Source of the DNA: an uncultured Planctomycetaceae bacterium
GTDB lineage: Bacteria > Planctomycetota > Planctomycetia > Planctomycetales > Planctomycetaceae
DNA length: 64,000 nucleotides
Assembly: GCA_963815195.1 (NCBI GenBank)
Contig: CAWFGE010000015.1
Coordinates: 384,001 to 448,000 of the forward strand
Direction of reading: 5' to 3'
Below the pieces are notes generated by a model. It was not told the DNA's origin. It did no database searches and was given only the letters and a program-made list of their open reading frames with translations. Below, piece after piece: positions 41,227 to 50,569 of this stretch. Each line of letters starts with the position of its first letter. Position 1 is the stretch's first letter. Both the position numbers and the translations under genes were made by a program.

Positions 41227-42233
41227 CGGCCTCCACCGGATTCGCCGACGGGCGCTCGATGTCTATTTCGTAAGTTCGTCGGCAGTTGGGTGACGGCCGG
41301 GATGTTTTGTGCGGAAGAACTTGCCCGCGAATGGCTTCCGTCGAAGGCTCCCGCGGCCCACGCGAATAATAGAAACATGACCCCGAGGATGAAGAGGCTC
41401 AGGAACACCGCCAACCCGATCCAGACCGGCTGATAGTCCCGCCACAGATTGGAATCCGTCCGGCGGCCGGGAACCGACGGCTGCCGGGGAACGGCCGGTT
41501 TGGGCGGCGGAGTGGGAGCCGGAGGAATCGCCGGCAGATCTTTCGTCGGCAATGGCGGGGGGGATTTCTGCGCGGGAAGCGGAGGCATTCCTTTGGAACG
41601 CTCCGGCACCGGCGGCGGGGTTTTGGGATAATCCACCCGGTAAGCCTGAAACTCCAGGTTGCTGTCGTCCGGCGGCGCGTCTTCGGCGGCGACAACGGTT
41701 CTCGGCGGGGGCGAGATCAGTTTTGTCCGCGTGGTGCCAGTGGCCGATACCGTGTCCGTCTCCCCCGGAGGTTTTTGTTCGCGGCGTTTTTTTGTCCATT
41801 CGCCGATGAGTTCTTCGATCCGCTCGGAATCCACCTGCTGAACCAACGCCAGCCAGCGGCGGAGGTCGTTCACGTTGCACGACGGGCCCGAAAACGTCGG
41901 GTTCGTGGAATAGAGTTGATACAGTTGGGAAATGAGGTTTTGATCGTACTCCTGCCAGCGGTTTTCGTCGGACACCGTTCGCCGGGCCTCGGCCAGGAGC
42001 CGCTGAAAGGCCAGAGCCCGCTCCCGAACCTGTTTGTCCTTATGGTTTTGGCATTGAAACAGATAGTCGCCGGCGGCTTGGAAGGAATCGAGCAGCCCGT
42101 CCCGGTTCCGGCAGAGACGGGGTTGTCCCACCAGTTGGTAGAAATCCGCCGGCCGATCGTCGCGATTCAACCACTCTTTGAGCCGAGCTTCCACCATAGG
42201 TTTCGATGCCGTTTGCGTTGTCGTGTCTGCCAC
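41199..42233 (-). CDS. J-domain-like N-terminus (no HPD) + Pro-rich linker + TM protein
   Basis: PADFYQLVG...LAEARRTVSDENRWQEYD resembles J-domain helices. TM at VWIGLAVFLSLFILGVMFLLFAW. Confidence 0.6.
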   Translation of the reverse strand: MADTTTQTASKPMVEARLKEWLNRDDRPADFYQLVGQPRLCRNRDGLLDSFQAAGDYLFQCQNHKDKQVRERALAFQRLLAEARRTVSDENRWQEYDQNLISQLYQLYSTNPTFSGPSCNVNDLRRWLALVQQVDSERIEELIGEWTKKRREQKPPGETDTVSATGTTRTKLISPPPRTVVAAEDAPPDDSNLEFQAYRVDYPKTPPPVPERSKGMPPLPAQKSPPPLPTKDLPAIPPAPTPPPKPAVPRQPSVPGRRTDSNLWRDYQPVWIGLAVFLSLFILGVMFLLFAWAAGAFDGSHSRASSSAQNIPAVTQLPTNLRNRHRAPVGESGGGRWVPQRERD

Positions 42234-42370
42234 ACTGGGAATCCTTTATCGTAAAGGGGGATCGGATGGGATTCAATCATCCAGTGCCCGGAATCGGCTT
42301 GTTTCAGAGGGTTTCTCGGTTTCGGCCCTGGCGGCTTGCGGCCGGTGTCCCGGAAGGCCGTGTGTGGGAA

Positions 42371-42397
42371 GCACTGGCAACAAGTTGCCATTGGCAC
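42371..42397. repeat. Single REP arm, family B
   Basis: gcactggcaacaagttgccattggcac matches the right arm of the 4114/5243 elements with one mismatch. Confidence 0.8.
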
Positions 42398-42502
42398 TAT
42401 TGGCAGCCTTTCTTCCAATTCTCCGGAACCACGCCCCTGGATCGCGAAACCGGCCCCGTTCCCGACAGGGGGGCCGATTTTGGCGAACGGAAGGCCGATC
42501 TA

Positions 42503-45500
42503 TTATTTGGTGCCGCTCTTTTCCGCGAGCCAGGGATCGATCCAGACGGGGTATTGGCTGGCCAGATTGTTGCTGTCGGTGAGGATTTTCAGATGCTTCA
42601 CCTCCGAGACATCTACGGAAAATGATTGGCTTTTGCCGGGGTCGCGGAGGGGGTCGGAGGTCCAGAGCACTTTGCCGTCCCCCACGATATGGAAGGTGGT
42701 CGAGACCCGCGTGCGGTCGGCTTTTCCGTTGTCGTCGATGCCGACCTCTCCCGCCAGCCGGGTGTACCGCAAGCCGAGCGCATACTCCACGGACGCGGGC
42801 GGTTGGGGCACGCCCGTGCGGGTCCACAGGGAATGCTTTTTCGGCTTTCCTCCAACGGAAACCGCCCGCCCCTCCAAATCGCCGGCGATGTTTTGTTTGA
42901 GGGGCGTCAAATCTTCGAGATAAATCCAGTCCCCGACTTCCGAATCTGTGGAAGATGGCCGTGAAGGAGGCCGGCGGTCGGGCGCTGTTGCTCCTCCGCC
43001 ACCACCGCCATTACCTCCACCTCCACCACCGCCATTACCTCCACCTCCACCACCGCCGCTACCTCCGCCTCCGCCGCTACCTCCGCGTTGGGGCGTTTGG
43101 GCGAGTTGATTCAACAATTGGCGGGCTCGATTGGCCGCCTTGGTGTGGGGATATTGCTTGACTACATCTTCCAGCCATTCTTTGCCCTTGTCGGTCTTGC
43201 CTTGATCCAATAGACCGATTGCGAGCCGGACGCGCTCCGCCGCCTGTTCTTCGTCCGTGCGATTATAAACGGGGGGCTCCTTTTGTTTTTCCTCCGGTTC
43301 CTCGTTTGCCGATTCACCGGGCGACTCGGCGGGCGGGGAATGCGGGGTCTGCGAGGGATTTCCCTCGGCGAGCACCGTCGTTTGCGGCGTGCTGCCGGGA
43401 ATGGGAACCGCGTCCGGGCCTGTCGTCCGTTCAAACTCGCAGACGAGCAGTTTGTCGTTCGGTTTGAGCTTGCCGGTGTAGTATTTCACCTCGCCGTCGT
43501 TCTTGACGGCCACGCGGAACTCCGTGGGGTCGGCCGCTCCGTGATTGGCGTAATGATGGGCCAGAACGCGGTACTTTCCGCGCGGGGCGGTGCCGAGCGG
43601 CCAATAGACATTCTCGACGGGTTCCTCGGACCACTCGCCCCCCGCGTTCATATCGACATCCAGTTCGCCGCCGCACCGCGATTTGCGGTGGCGAAAGTAG
43701 ATCACCTCTCCCGAAGGCGCCTGCACGTGGAGATCGATGTCGTTGATGTTGTCCCACAGCAGGGAAACCTGCACATCGCCGGATTTGGCTCCGGCCCGTT
43801 CGAGCCGACTGCGAAAGTCCTCGCGGGGAACGGAAGCTTCCGGTTTGACGGTCGCCGTTCCCTCGGCGTGGATCGCCCCTGGCGGAGCAGGGGTTGCAAA
43901 CGCCTTTGCCACTTCCGCAGGGTCTTCTCGGGTGGGTTTGAGTTTGATTTCGCCCAACGCGGCGGGTTCCTCCGCCGTGAAGCGGGCCGTTCTCTGCTCG
44001 GGCTGAAACCCCTTCGCCGAGATCGTGACCAGGGCTTCGCCGGGCGGGAATCCCGCGAGGCGAAATTCGCCCTCGTCGTTCGGCGAGCCCTTGACCGATA
44101 TGCCTTCCACATGGATGACAGCCTCCGGCAAGGGCCGGCCCGCTTCGCTGACGACCGAACCGACGACCGCCCCCGCCCCGCTGAGGACAATATCCACGTG
44201 CGTTTCTTCGCCCGGGCCCAGCGTTCTCGAAACGACGGCCGGTTGATAGCCCGACCGCGCCGCGTCCAGGTCGGTTTGAGCGGCGGGCAGGTTCTCGAAC
44301 CGAAACTCGCCCTTGTCGTTGGTATTGGTTTTCCGCGAACTGCCGGCGATTTGGACCAAAACCCCCGCGAGCGGCCGGTCTCCCGGACTCGCGACGACGG
44401 TGCCCGTCAGCACGGCGTCTCCCGTCAATCCGATGTCCACAAGAGACTCTTCGCCGGTCTTGAGTTCCGCCTCCTGCTCCCGGCTGGGATAGCCCGCGGC
44501 GGTGATTTTCAATTTCACCGGGCCGGCGGCGATGTCTTCCAGGCGGAACCGGCCCTCGGCATCGGTCGTCGTCTTTTGCGTGCTTCCCGCCACTTCCACC
44601 AAAGCCGCGGGGATTGCGGTTTTCGCAATCGCATCCTGGATCCGGCCCGATAGAATCGTGCCGCCTTTCAGTTCGACGTTGATCGTCGCTTCCCGGCCGG
44701 CTTCAAATGTCTGCGGCAGTTCCTCCTGCCGATAGCCGCGCCCCACCACTTGCACCGTTGCGGCCCGGGCGGGAATCTCGGCGAGCATAAATGTGCCGTC
44801 CGCGCCGGTTTTCGCCGAGAGGTCGGTCCCCGCAATCCGCACTTCCACGCCGGACACCGGTTTTTTTTCGACCGCATCGGTGACGCGGCCCTTCAACAGG
44901 CAATTGCCGACGAGGGCAATCTCCAACGGCCTGTCCTCGCCCGCCGCGCGAATCGTCTGCTGGAATTCCAGGAAACCGGAAGCCGCCGATTGCAGAGGAA
45001 ACTCGCCCGGCGGGAGTTTTTCCAGCCGGAATTCGCCCCGCTCGTTGGTGGTCGCGGTCAGGTTCAATCCCGGCACTTCGACTTTAACATTCGCGAGCGG
45101 TTGGCCGTCGGCCTTGGCCTTCACAAAGCCTCGCGCCGTCCCCGCTCCATACAAACCCACGCGGATCGGCGTGACATCCCGCTCGACCTGCCGATCCACA
45201 TGCTCCGCAAGGTAGCCCGCGGCTTGCACGGCGATCGCGGCATCTCCGTGGGGAAGGCCGGCGATTTCAAATCGGCCGTCGGCGGCGGTCTTGGCGGTCA
45301 GCGGCGTTCCCAGCAAAAACACCGCCGCCTCTGGAACCGGCCGGAGCGTCAGCGCATCAATCACCGTCCCCGCCAATTTCCCCGTCCCCGCCAATTCCAG
45401 CGTGACGCGCCCCGGCGACTTCTCCCCTAGCGTTTCTTTGCGGGCCTCGGTTTGAAAGCCCTCCGCCGAGACTTCCACCTCGACCGTTCCGGCGGGGACT

Positions 45501-46549
45501 TCGGGAATTTGGAACTCGCCCTGTTCATTGGTTGGCACCGTGAGGCCCCATCGCGGAAGGGACACGAGTGCCGCGGAAACGGGCCTCTGGTGAATGCGAT
45601 CGATCACCCGCCCCGCGAATGTCGCCGCCCCGCGGAGGGGCACGTCCAACGTGCGCTCGCTGGCTTGGGAGAGATCGGCCTTGCGCTTCTCGGCGAGAAA
45701 TCCCGGCGCGGCGATTTCGAACTCAGCGGAGTCCGGGGCGAGATGCTCGAGATGAAAACGGCCCTCGGCGTCGGTTTGGGTTTGCGTTTCCGTTCCCGTA
45801 AGTTTGACCGTGGCCCCGGCGATGGGCTTTTGTCCTGCGAGCGACACCACCCGGCCTTCGACCGCGACCAACGCCGGCGGACGCGTGAGCCAATAGCCCG
45901 CGCCGCCCGCCAATAGCACCAACAATAACAGGGCCGCGAGCAGTGGAACCGGAGACCGCGGCACCTTGAGTTTGGCCCCGCACCGGGGGCACGCCGGGCG
46001 GCTTTCCGTGAGGATCGCCAGCGTTTGGCAATCCGGATCTCGGCAGATCACCGGCTGGCCGCTTGCTGAGGTTTTGCGTTCATAACCCCAAAGCCAAACC
46101 AGCCGCCACAGCCCGGACGAGTCGAGATATTTGCAGAACACGCCCGCTCTCGCCGCCTTGTGCGGGTCGGACCGGAGTTGTTTCAGGCCGCCCAGCATCA
46201 CGTGCCTTAAGGCGCGTTCGGTCCCGGTGTGGGCGGGAGCGGCTTCCAGTTTTTGTTCGATCGCGTCGAATTCCTTGCGGAAGGCTCCTTGGCATTCCGC
46301 CGCGGTCAGGGGCAGGATGTTTTTCGGAATCACCCGTTCTCCGGCATCGGTCCGCAATTCATACCGGACGAGATTGCCGTCCCACTTGGGTTCCGCGAGG
46401 TACGAACCGAGCCATTTCCGCAAAATCCCGGCGTGCGCACCGCCGCGGTCCAAAAGTCCCATCCCGGGCTGAAGCGCCAATCGGCGAAAGTCCGCCGCCT
46501 GATCCGACAAATCGACTAAAACGACGGAATTCACGCTCATCACCCCCAC
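42503..46549 (-). CDS. Membrane-anchored mosaic protein: N-terminal domain, Zn ribbon, TM, 8 carboxypeptidase-regulatory-like repeats, YfaP/DUF2135-like domain, TPR-like helix pair, Gly linker, NPCBM/NEW2 domain
   Basis: CRDPDC..CPRC; eight G.V.D....P..GA.V.....T...G.F repeats; VSLLWDNINDIDLHV..P.GE..LDVD..PVEN; VGIDD..F.IVGDGK.LW. Confidence 0.85.
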   Translation of the reverse strand: MGVMSVNSVVLVDLSDQAADFRRLALQPGMGLLDRGGAHAGILRKWLGSYLAEPKWDGNLVRYELRTDAGERVIPKNILPLTAAECQGAFRKEFDAIEQKLEAAPAHTGTERALRHVMLGGLKQLRSDPHKAARAGVFCKYLDSSGLWRLVWLWGYERKTSASGQPVICRDPDCQTLAILTESRPACPRCGAKLKVPRSPVPLLAALLLLVLLAGGAGYWLTRPPALVAVEGRVVSLAGQKPIAGATVKLTGTETQTQTDAEGRFHLEHLAPDSAEFEIAAPGFLAEKRKADLSQASERTLDVPLRGAATFAGRVIDRIHQRPVSAALVSLPRWGLTVPTNEQGEFQIPEVPAGTVEVEVSAEGFQTEARKETLGEKSPGRVTLELAGTGKLAGTVIDALTLRPVPEAAVFLLGTPLTAKTAADGRFEIAGLPHGDAAIAVQAAGYLAEHVDRQVERDVTPIRVGLYGAGTARGFVKAKADGQPLANVKVEVPGLNLTATTNERGEFRLEKLPPGEFPLQSAASGFLEFQQTIRAAGEDRPLEIALVGNCLLKGRVTDAVEKKPVSGVEVRIAGTDLSAKTGADGTFMLAEIPARAATVQVVGRGYRQEELPQTFEAGREATINVELKGGTILSGRIQDAIAKTAIPAALVEVAGSTQKTTTDAEGRFRLEDIAAGPVKLKITAAGYPSREQEAELKTGEESLVDIGLTGDAVLTGTVVASPGDRPLAGVLVQIAGSSRKTNTNDKGEFRFENLPAAQTDLDAARSGYQPAVVSRTLGPGEETHVDIVLSGAGAVVGSVVSEAGRPLPEAVIHVEGISVKGSPNDEGEFRLAGFPPGEALVTISAKGFQPEQRTARFTAEEPAALGEIKLKPTREDPAEVAKAFATPAPPGAIHAEGTATVKPEASVPREDFRSRLERAGAKSGDVQVSLLWDNINDIDLHVQAPSGEVIYFRHRKSRCGGELDVDMNAGGEWSEEPVENVYWPLGTAPRGKYRVLAHHYANHGAADPTEFRVAVKNDGEVKYYTGKLKPNDKLLVCEFERTTGPDAVPIPGSTPQTTVLAEGNPSQTPHSPPAESPGESANEEPEEKQKEPPVYNRTDEEQAAERVRLAIGLLDQGKTDKGKEWLEDVVKQYPHTKAANRARQLLNQLAQTPQRGGSGGGGGSGGGGGGGNGGGGGGGNGGGGGGATAPDRRPPSRPSSTDSEVGDWIYLEDLTPLKQNIAGDLEGRAVSVGGKPKKHSLWTRTGVPQPPASVEYALGLRYTRLAGEVGIDDNGKADRTRVSTTFHIVGDGKVLWTSDPLRDPGKSQSFSVDVSEVKHLKILTDSNNLASQYPVWIDPWLAEKSGTK
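42993..43086. repeat. Coding tandem repeat (24-bp units, Gly-rich linker)
   Basis: ccaccaccgccattacctccacct units encode GGGGGGGN. Confidence 0.85.
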
Positions 46550-46682
46550 GGATCGGCTCAGGAAACGCCCGCAGATATTGGAAGGGAATTTTCTGGTTTC
46601 CCTTAATTGTAACGGGTTTCAGACCAGATCTCACGACCTTTCCCGCAAATTGCCGGCGTTCCGGAAGCGGATCGTCATCCCA

Positions 46683-48173
46683 TCAATCGATCCGACACAG
46701 CTCCGCAGTTTGGGCTTCGTCCGGGGGAGCAAACAGGTAGCTCGCGAACGAGCCGATGAGAATCGTGGGCAGGCAGGCGATGGCTCCGTACCACAATTCG
46801 CCGACGCCGGCCCACATCGCGGCCGCGACCGAAACCAGGCCGCCCGCAAATCCGACGATCGCTCCGCCGGTGTTGGCCCGGCGGGAGAATATCCCCAAGA
46901 GGAACACGCCGAGCAGCATGCCCAGAAACGTGCCGGCGATGACCATCAACACGCGAAACACATTCCCCCCGACTTCGCGGAGGACCAGGGCCGTCAAAAT
47001 CGCCGCCACTCCAAACCCGGCACACAAGAGCCGGCTGACCCACAAACCGGGATGCCGGCCGGACAGCCAATCGCAGACCACCGAGGCGGTCAAACTGTTG
47101 ATTCCGCTGTCGATGCTGCTCATGGCGGCCGCAAACAAGCCCGCCAACAGCAGCCCCGCCAACCCGTATTGCGGAACCACGCTGACGATAAACCGCGGCA
47201 AGAGCTGGTCCTCTTTCCCCGCGGCCGCCAACTCCGCATAAGCCGGGTCGCCGGTTTGCTGATAATAAGCGAACAGCGCGCTGCCCACGAGGAAAAAGAT
47301 CAAGCAGACGGCGGTCACCATGATCCCGTTGACGACCAGCGATTTGCGGGCGGCGGCGATGCTGGGCATGGAAACGTACCGCTGCACCGCCGTGAAATGC
47401 ACCGCATGCCCCGCGAGATACACGAAAAACCCCGTCGCGCAAATGGACGCGAGGTTCGTCTTTTGCACCAAGCCTTCATAACTCCAATCGAGATGCACGA
47501 GCCGGGTTTTGCCGTGCTCCGTGCCGATGCTCCACACCGCCGCCCAGCCGCCGTCGATTTGATTCACCGCGGTTCCCAACACAATCAACATGCCGATCCC
47601 CAAGGCGAAGGCCTGGAGCGTATCGGTCCAGACGACGGCTTTCACGCCGCCGATGGTGGTGTAAAACGTCGCGAACATCCCCACCGCGACGAGCATCCAA
47701 GCGAGTTGGGAATCGGTGAGCCGCATGACTTCCTGCAGGATCTTCCCCACCGCGACGAGCATATTGCCCATCCAGCCGATTGTGTAGAACATGAACAACC
47801 CGCTCGCCAGCAGCCGCACGCTCCGGTGAAACCGCAGCTCCAGGTATTCGTAACAGCTCGTCACGCGGAGCTGGAAGTAGAGCGGAATGAACAGCCAGCA
47901 CACGATCGGCGTCACGATGAGCGGGATAAACAGGATCGCGATGAAGAACTGGTAGTCGTCGTAAGCGGCCTCGCGGGGCAGCCCCACAAACGACAGGGCG
48001 CTGAACGTCCCCGCGAAAATCGACAAGCCGATCGGCAGCCAGTGCATCGTTCGGCCGCCGACGAAATAGTCTTCGTTGTCGTGCTGCTCGCGGGCGAACC
48101 ACACCCCCACCGCGAACACGACCAGCAAATACGCCGCACAAATGGAAAGATCGAGAATCATAATCCCTGCCAT
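46683..48173 (-). CDS. Sodium:solute symporter (SSS) family protein
   Basis: DYFVGGR, YEYLELRF, GGVKAVVWTD, AAAMSSIDSGINS, and many TM segments. Confidence 0.9.
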   Translation of the reverse strand: MAGIMILDLSICAAYLLVVFAVGVWFAREQHDNEDYFVGGRTMHWLPIGLSIFAGTFSALSFVGLPREAAYDDYQFFIAILFIPLIVTPIVCWLFIPLYFQLRVTSCYEYLELRFHRSVRLLASGLFMFYTIGWMGNMLVAVGKILQEVMRLTDSQLAWMLVAVGMFATFYTTIGGVKAVVWTDTLQAFALGIGMLIVLGTAVNQIDGGWAAVWSIGTEHGKTRLVHLDWSYEGLVQKTNLASICATGFFVYLAGHAVHFTAVQRYVSMPSIAAARKSLVVNGIMVTAVCLIFFLVGSALFAYYQQTGDPAYAELAAAGKEDQLLPRFIVSVVPQYGLAGLLLAGLFAAAMSSIDSGINSLTASVVCDWLSGRHPGLWVSRLLCAGFGVAAILTALVLREVGGNVFRVLMVIAGTFLGMLLGVFLLGIFSRRANTGGAIVGFAGGLVSVAAAMWAGVGELWYGAIACLPTILIGSFASYLFAPPDEAQTAELCRID

Positions 48174-48422
48174 CGTAACCCGACGGCCGCCGATTCCGCT
48201 ACGCGCCCGCAAAGGGATCTTGCCGCCGCGACGGAAGATGCCCGAAGAAGGCGTTTGTCATTTTGTCCCTTTGGGGAAACCTCGCGTTGTAAAAATGCAA
48301 CGCGAATCATTCCCAAAACCCCGCAAATCCCGGCGCGGGACGGCGAAATGGCGATCGGCACGGGTTTTGTAGTCTCTCTGGACACAACGGCTTCACAGGC
48401 TCGACTCCGGGACGCTTTCGCT

Positions 48423-48569
48423 ATGAACCTGAAACACGTGGCTCTTTTGGCGGGTTTCGTCGCGCTGGTCATGCTGATCGCCGCCGGCGGGCACATTCAC
48501 GCCGGTCTGGTCTTGACGGTCACGCTGACGTTGCTCCTCTGCACGGTGGACTTGATTCCCGCCCGGTGA
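48423..48569 (+). CDS. 48-aa two-helix membrane peptide
   Basis: MNLKHVALLAGFVALVMLIAAGGHIHAGLVLTVTLTLLLCTVDLIPAR lies in an intergenic gap. Confidence 0.45.
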   Translation: MNLKHVALLAGFVALVMLIAAGGHIHAGLVLTVTLTLLLCTVDLIPAR

Positions 48570-48645
48570 GCCTGGGCCGGATTCATCACCAGAATCATGG
48601 GACGCCGCATCATGATTCTGTTGATTCGTCCCCCGGCGACATCCT

Positions 48646-49467
48646 TTATTCGGGAATCAAAATCTCGCCTTTGCCGAGTTCCAGGAAATCGCCCAGGTAG
48701 CGGTGATACTTGGCCTGGAAACAGTCCTCCGGAACGGGAAAACCCTGGCGGGCGAGTTCTCTCAGAAAAATCTGGAGGAACACGGGCTGAAACGTGCAGG
48801 CGTGGCGGAACGTGGGCAGCATGTCCGGCGGGTCGGACGGCGAAAACAGCCCGATCGTGCCTCGCCGCATGCTCGCACCGGGGCGGATGCCGCTCTCGCC
48901 GAAGATGAGCACCGAGCCGGCGATCATATTAAATCCCGTGGCGTCGCCGGCCTGTCCGCCGACGGCAATCAGCCCCCGCCGCATCGTGTGGCCGATTTCG
49001 TTGCCGGCGTTTCCGTGGATCAGGATCTCTCCACCCGTCATGCCCCGCCGGCCGCCGCGATAGACCGCTCCGACCAGATGCCCGGCATTACCCAGCACGC
49101 GAATTCGCCCGCCGTGCATCTCCGCCCCCACCCAATCGGCCGCGTTGCCTTCCACGAGAATCTCGCCGCCTGTCATCTCGGCACCCAGATGCATGCCCGC
49201 GTTTCCCGCCACGCGAACCCGTCCGCGCTTCCAATGGGTGCCGATGAGCTTGACCTTCGAGCAATCGCCTTCCCAGACGAGTTCCTCGTCCTCCGCTGCG
49301 GATCCTTGGACCCGAAAGAATTCGCCCAAGGGCAGTTGTTGGTTTCCGCGCTGAATGAGGATTCGCTTCACCTCGTCCGGAGTCTGGGATCGCACGGTGT
49401 CGAGTTGGACCGTGTCCACTTCCAGCGGAATGGCCGAGGGCTGGGTGAGAGTGAGCGTCAGAGGCAT
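48646..49467 (-). CDS. fhcC: Formylmethanofuran dehydrogenase / formyltransferase-hydrolase complex subunit C
   Basis: GxGxG beta-helix repeats (G.EM.GG.I.V.GNA), MRRGLI, GDFLELGKGEIL C-terminus. Confidence 0.88.
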   Translation of the reverse strand: MPLTLTLTQPSAIPLEVDTVQLDTVRSQTPDEVKRILIQRGNQQLPLGEFFRVQGSAAEDEELVWEGDCSKVKLIGTHWKRGRVRVAGNAGMHLGAEMTGGEILVEGNAADWVGAEMHGGRIRVLGNAGHLVGAVYRGGRRGMTGGEILIHGNAGNEIGHTMRRGLIAVGGQAGDATGFNMIAGSVLIFGESGIRPGASMRRGTIGLFSPSDPPDMLPTFRHACTFQPVFLQIFLRELARQGFPVPEDCFQAKYHRYLGDFLELGKGEILIPE

Positions 49468-49596
49468 AGCGGCCGAGGGGATCGATGAAAAAGGAAAGGG
49501 ATCGACCGTTTCATCAACGTCGATCCCCAAGTTTTCGATTTCTTCACGGATTCTAGCCGCGACGGGCCGCTTCGCCAAGCGTGGCCGGTGTACTTC

Positions 49597-50325
49597 TCAC
49601 GGAGCCGCCTGGGCGAGGACGACCTGATTGACCAGGCGGTCCAGGAACTTGCGGCTGGCGATGTATTCGTTGGGAGTCATGTCCCGGATGTGATCTTTCA
49701 AGACCGCTTGCATTTGCCGGGCGGCATCGTGAATTTTCTTGGTGTTGGATCGGCTGCCGGTGTCCGCCTGCAACTGCAACTCGTCTTCGATTTGCTTTCG
49801 GTAATCGGAGTAGATCGGGGCTTCCAGAGCTTCGGGCCACTGCAGATCGCCAGTCTGCGTGTCGAACTGGCTGGGAGGAAGGACTTCGGGTTTGCGGTTG
49901 CGGTTGTATTCCAGCCGTTTTTTCAGGCGGGCGTCGAACGCGGCCCGATCCTTGGCGTACTCGGCCTGGTTCCTGCGCCTCCGCTCCCAATAGGTATTGG
50001 TCCACTTCGCTTGGTTATCGAGATATTTGGAATAGGCGTCCTGGTTGTTGATGTGTGCCTGCGAGATGTTCTCCGCCGCTTGTCCCTGGGAGCGAATAAT
50101 ATCGGCCATTCCGCGCTGAGCCCCTTCCACCGGAGAGTAGCCTCCTCCATAGCCCCCATAACCGCCGTATCCCCCCATACCAGCTCCGTACATACCAGCT
50201 CCGTACATACCGCCTCCGAAACCAACGGCGCCAACCCCCGGCCGATACCAGCGGACTTGGGCCTCAGTCGATTCGGTGAACACCACCAGGCTCATCGCGG
50301 TGAAGAAGAAAGTCAGCACCTTCAT
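49597..50325 (-). CDS. Secreted Gly/Tyr-rich hypothetical protein
   Basis: Signal peptide, GMYGA repeats (15-bp tandem near 50176-50220), helical C-terminus. Confidence 0.75.
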   Translation of the reverse strand: MKVLTFFFTAMSLVVFTESTEAQVRWYRPGVGAVGFGGGMYGAGMYGAGMGGYGGYGGYGGGYSPVEGAQRGMADIIRSQGQAAENISQAHINNQDAYSKYLDNQAKWTNTYWERRRRNQAEYAKDRAAFDARLKKRLEYNRNRKPEVLPPSQFDTQTGDLQWPEALEAPIYSDYRKQIEDELQLQADTGSRSNTKKIHDAARQMQAVLKDHIRDMTPNEYIASRKFLDRLVNQVVLAQAAP

Positions 50326-50569
50326 GGGGTCGCTATTCCGGTTTTGGGTAAGTGGACCATCAAGTCGAACAAAGCGTGCATCAACCAGAGTATTATAAAC
50401 CGGAGGCTTCGCAATTCATCCGAAATTCGCCAATTCTCTGGTGGAATCTCTTCCGGCAATCTGGCTAAAATGCAAAAGTAACGAAAACTCTCTCTTTCTG
50501 TTGTATCGAGCAAATTCCCAAACATCAACTTGAATCTGACGATTTCCCAATTTGGCCTTGGAGACTTTC

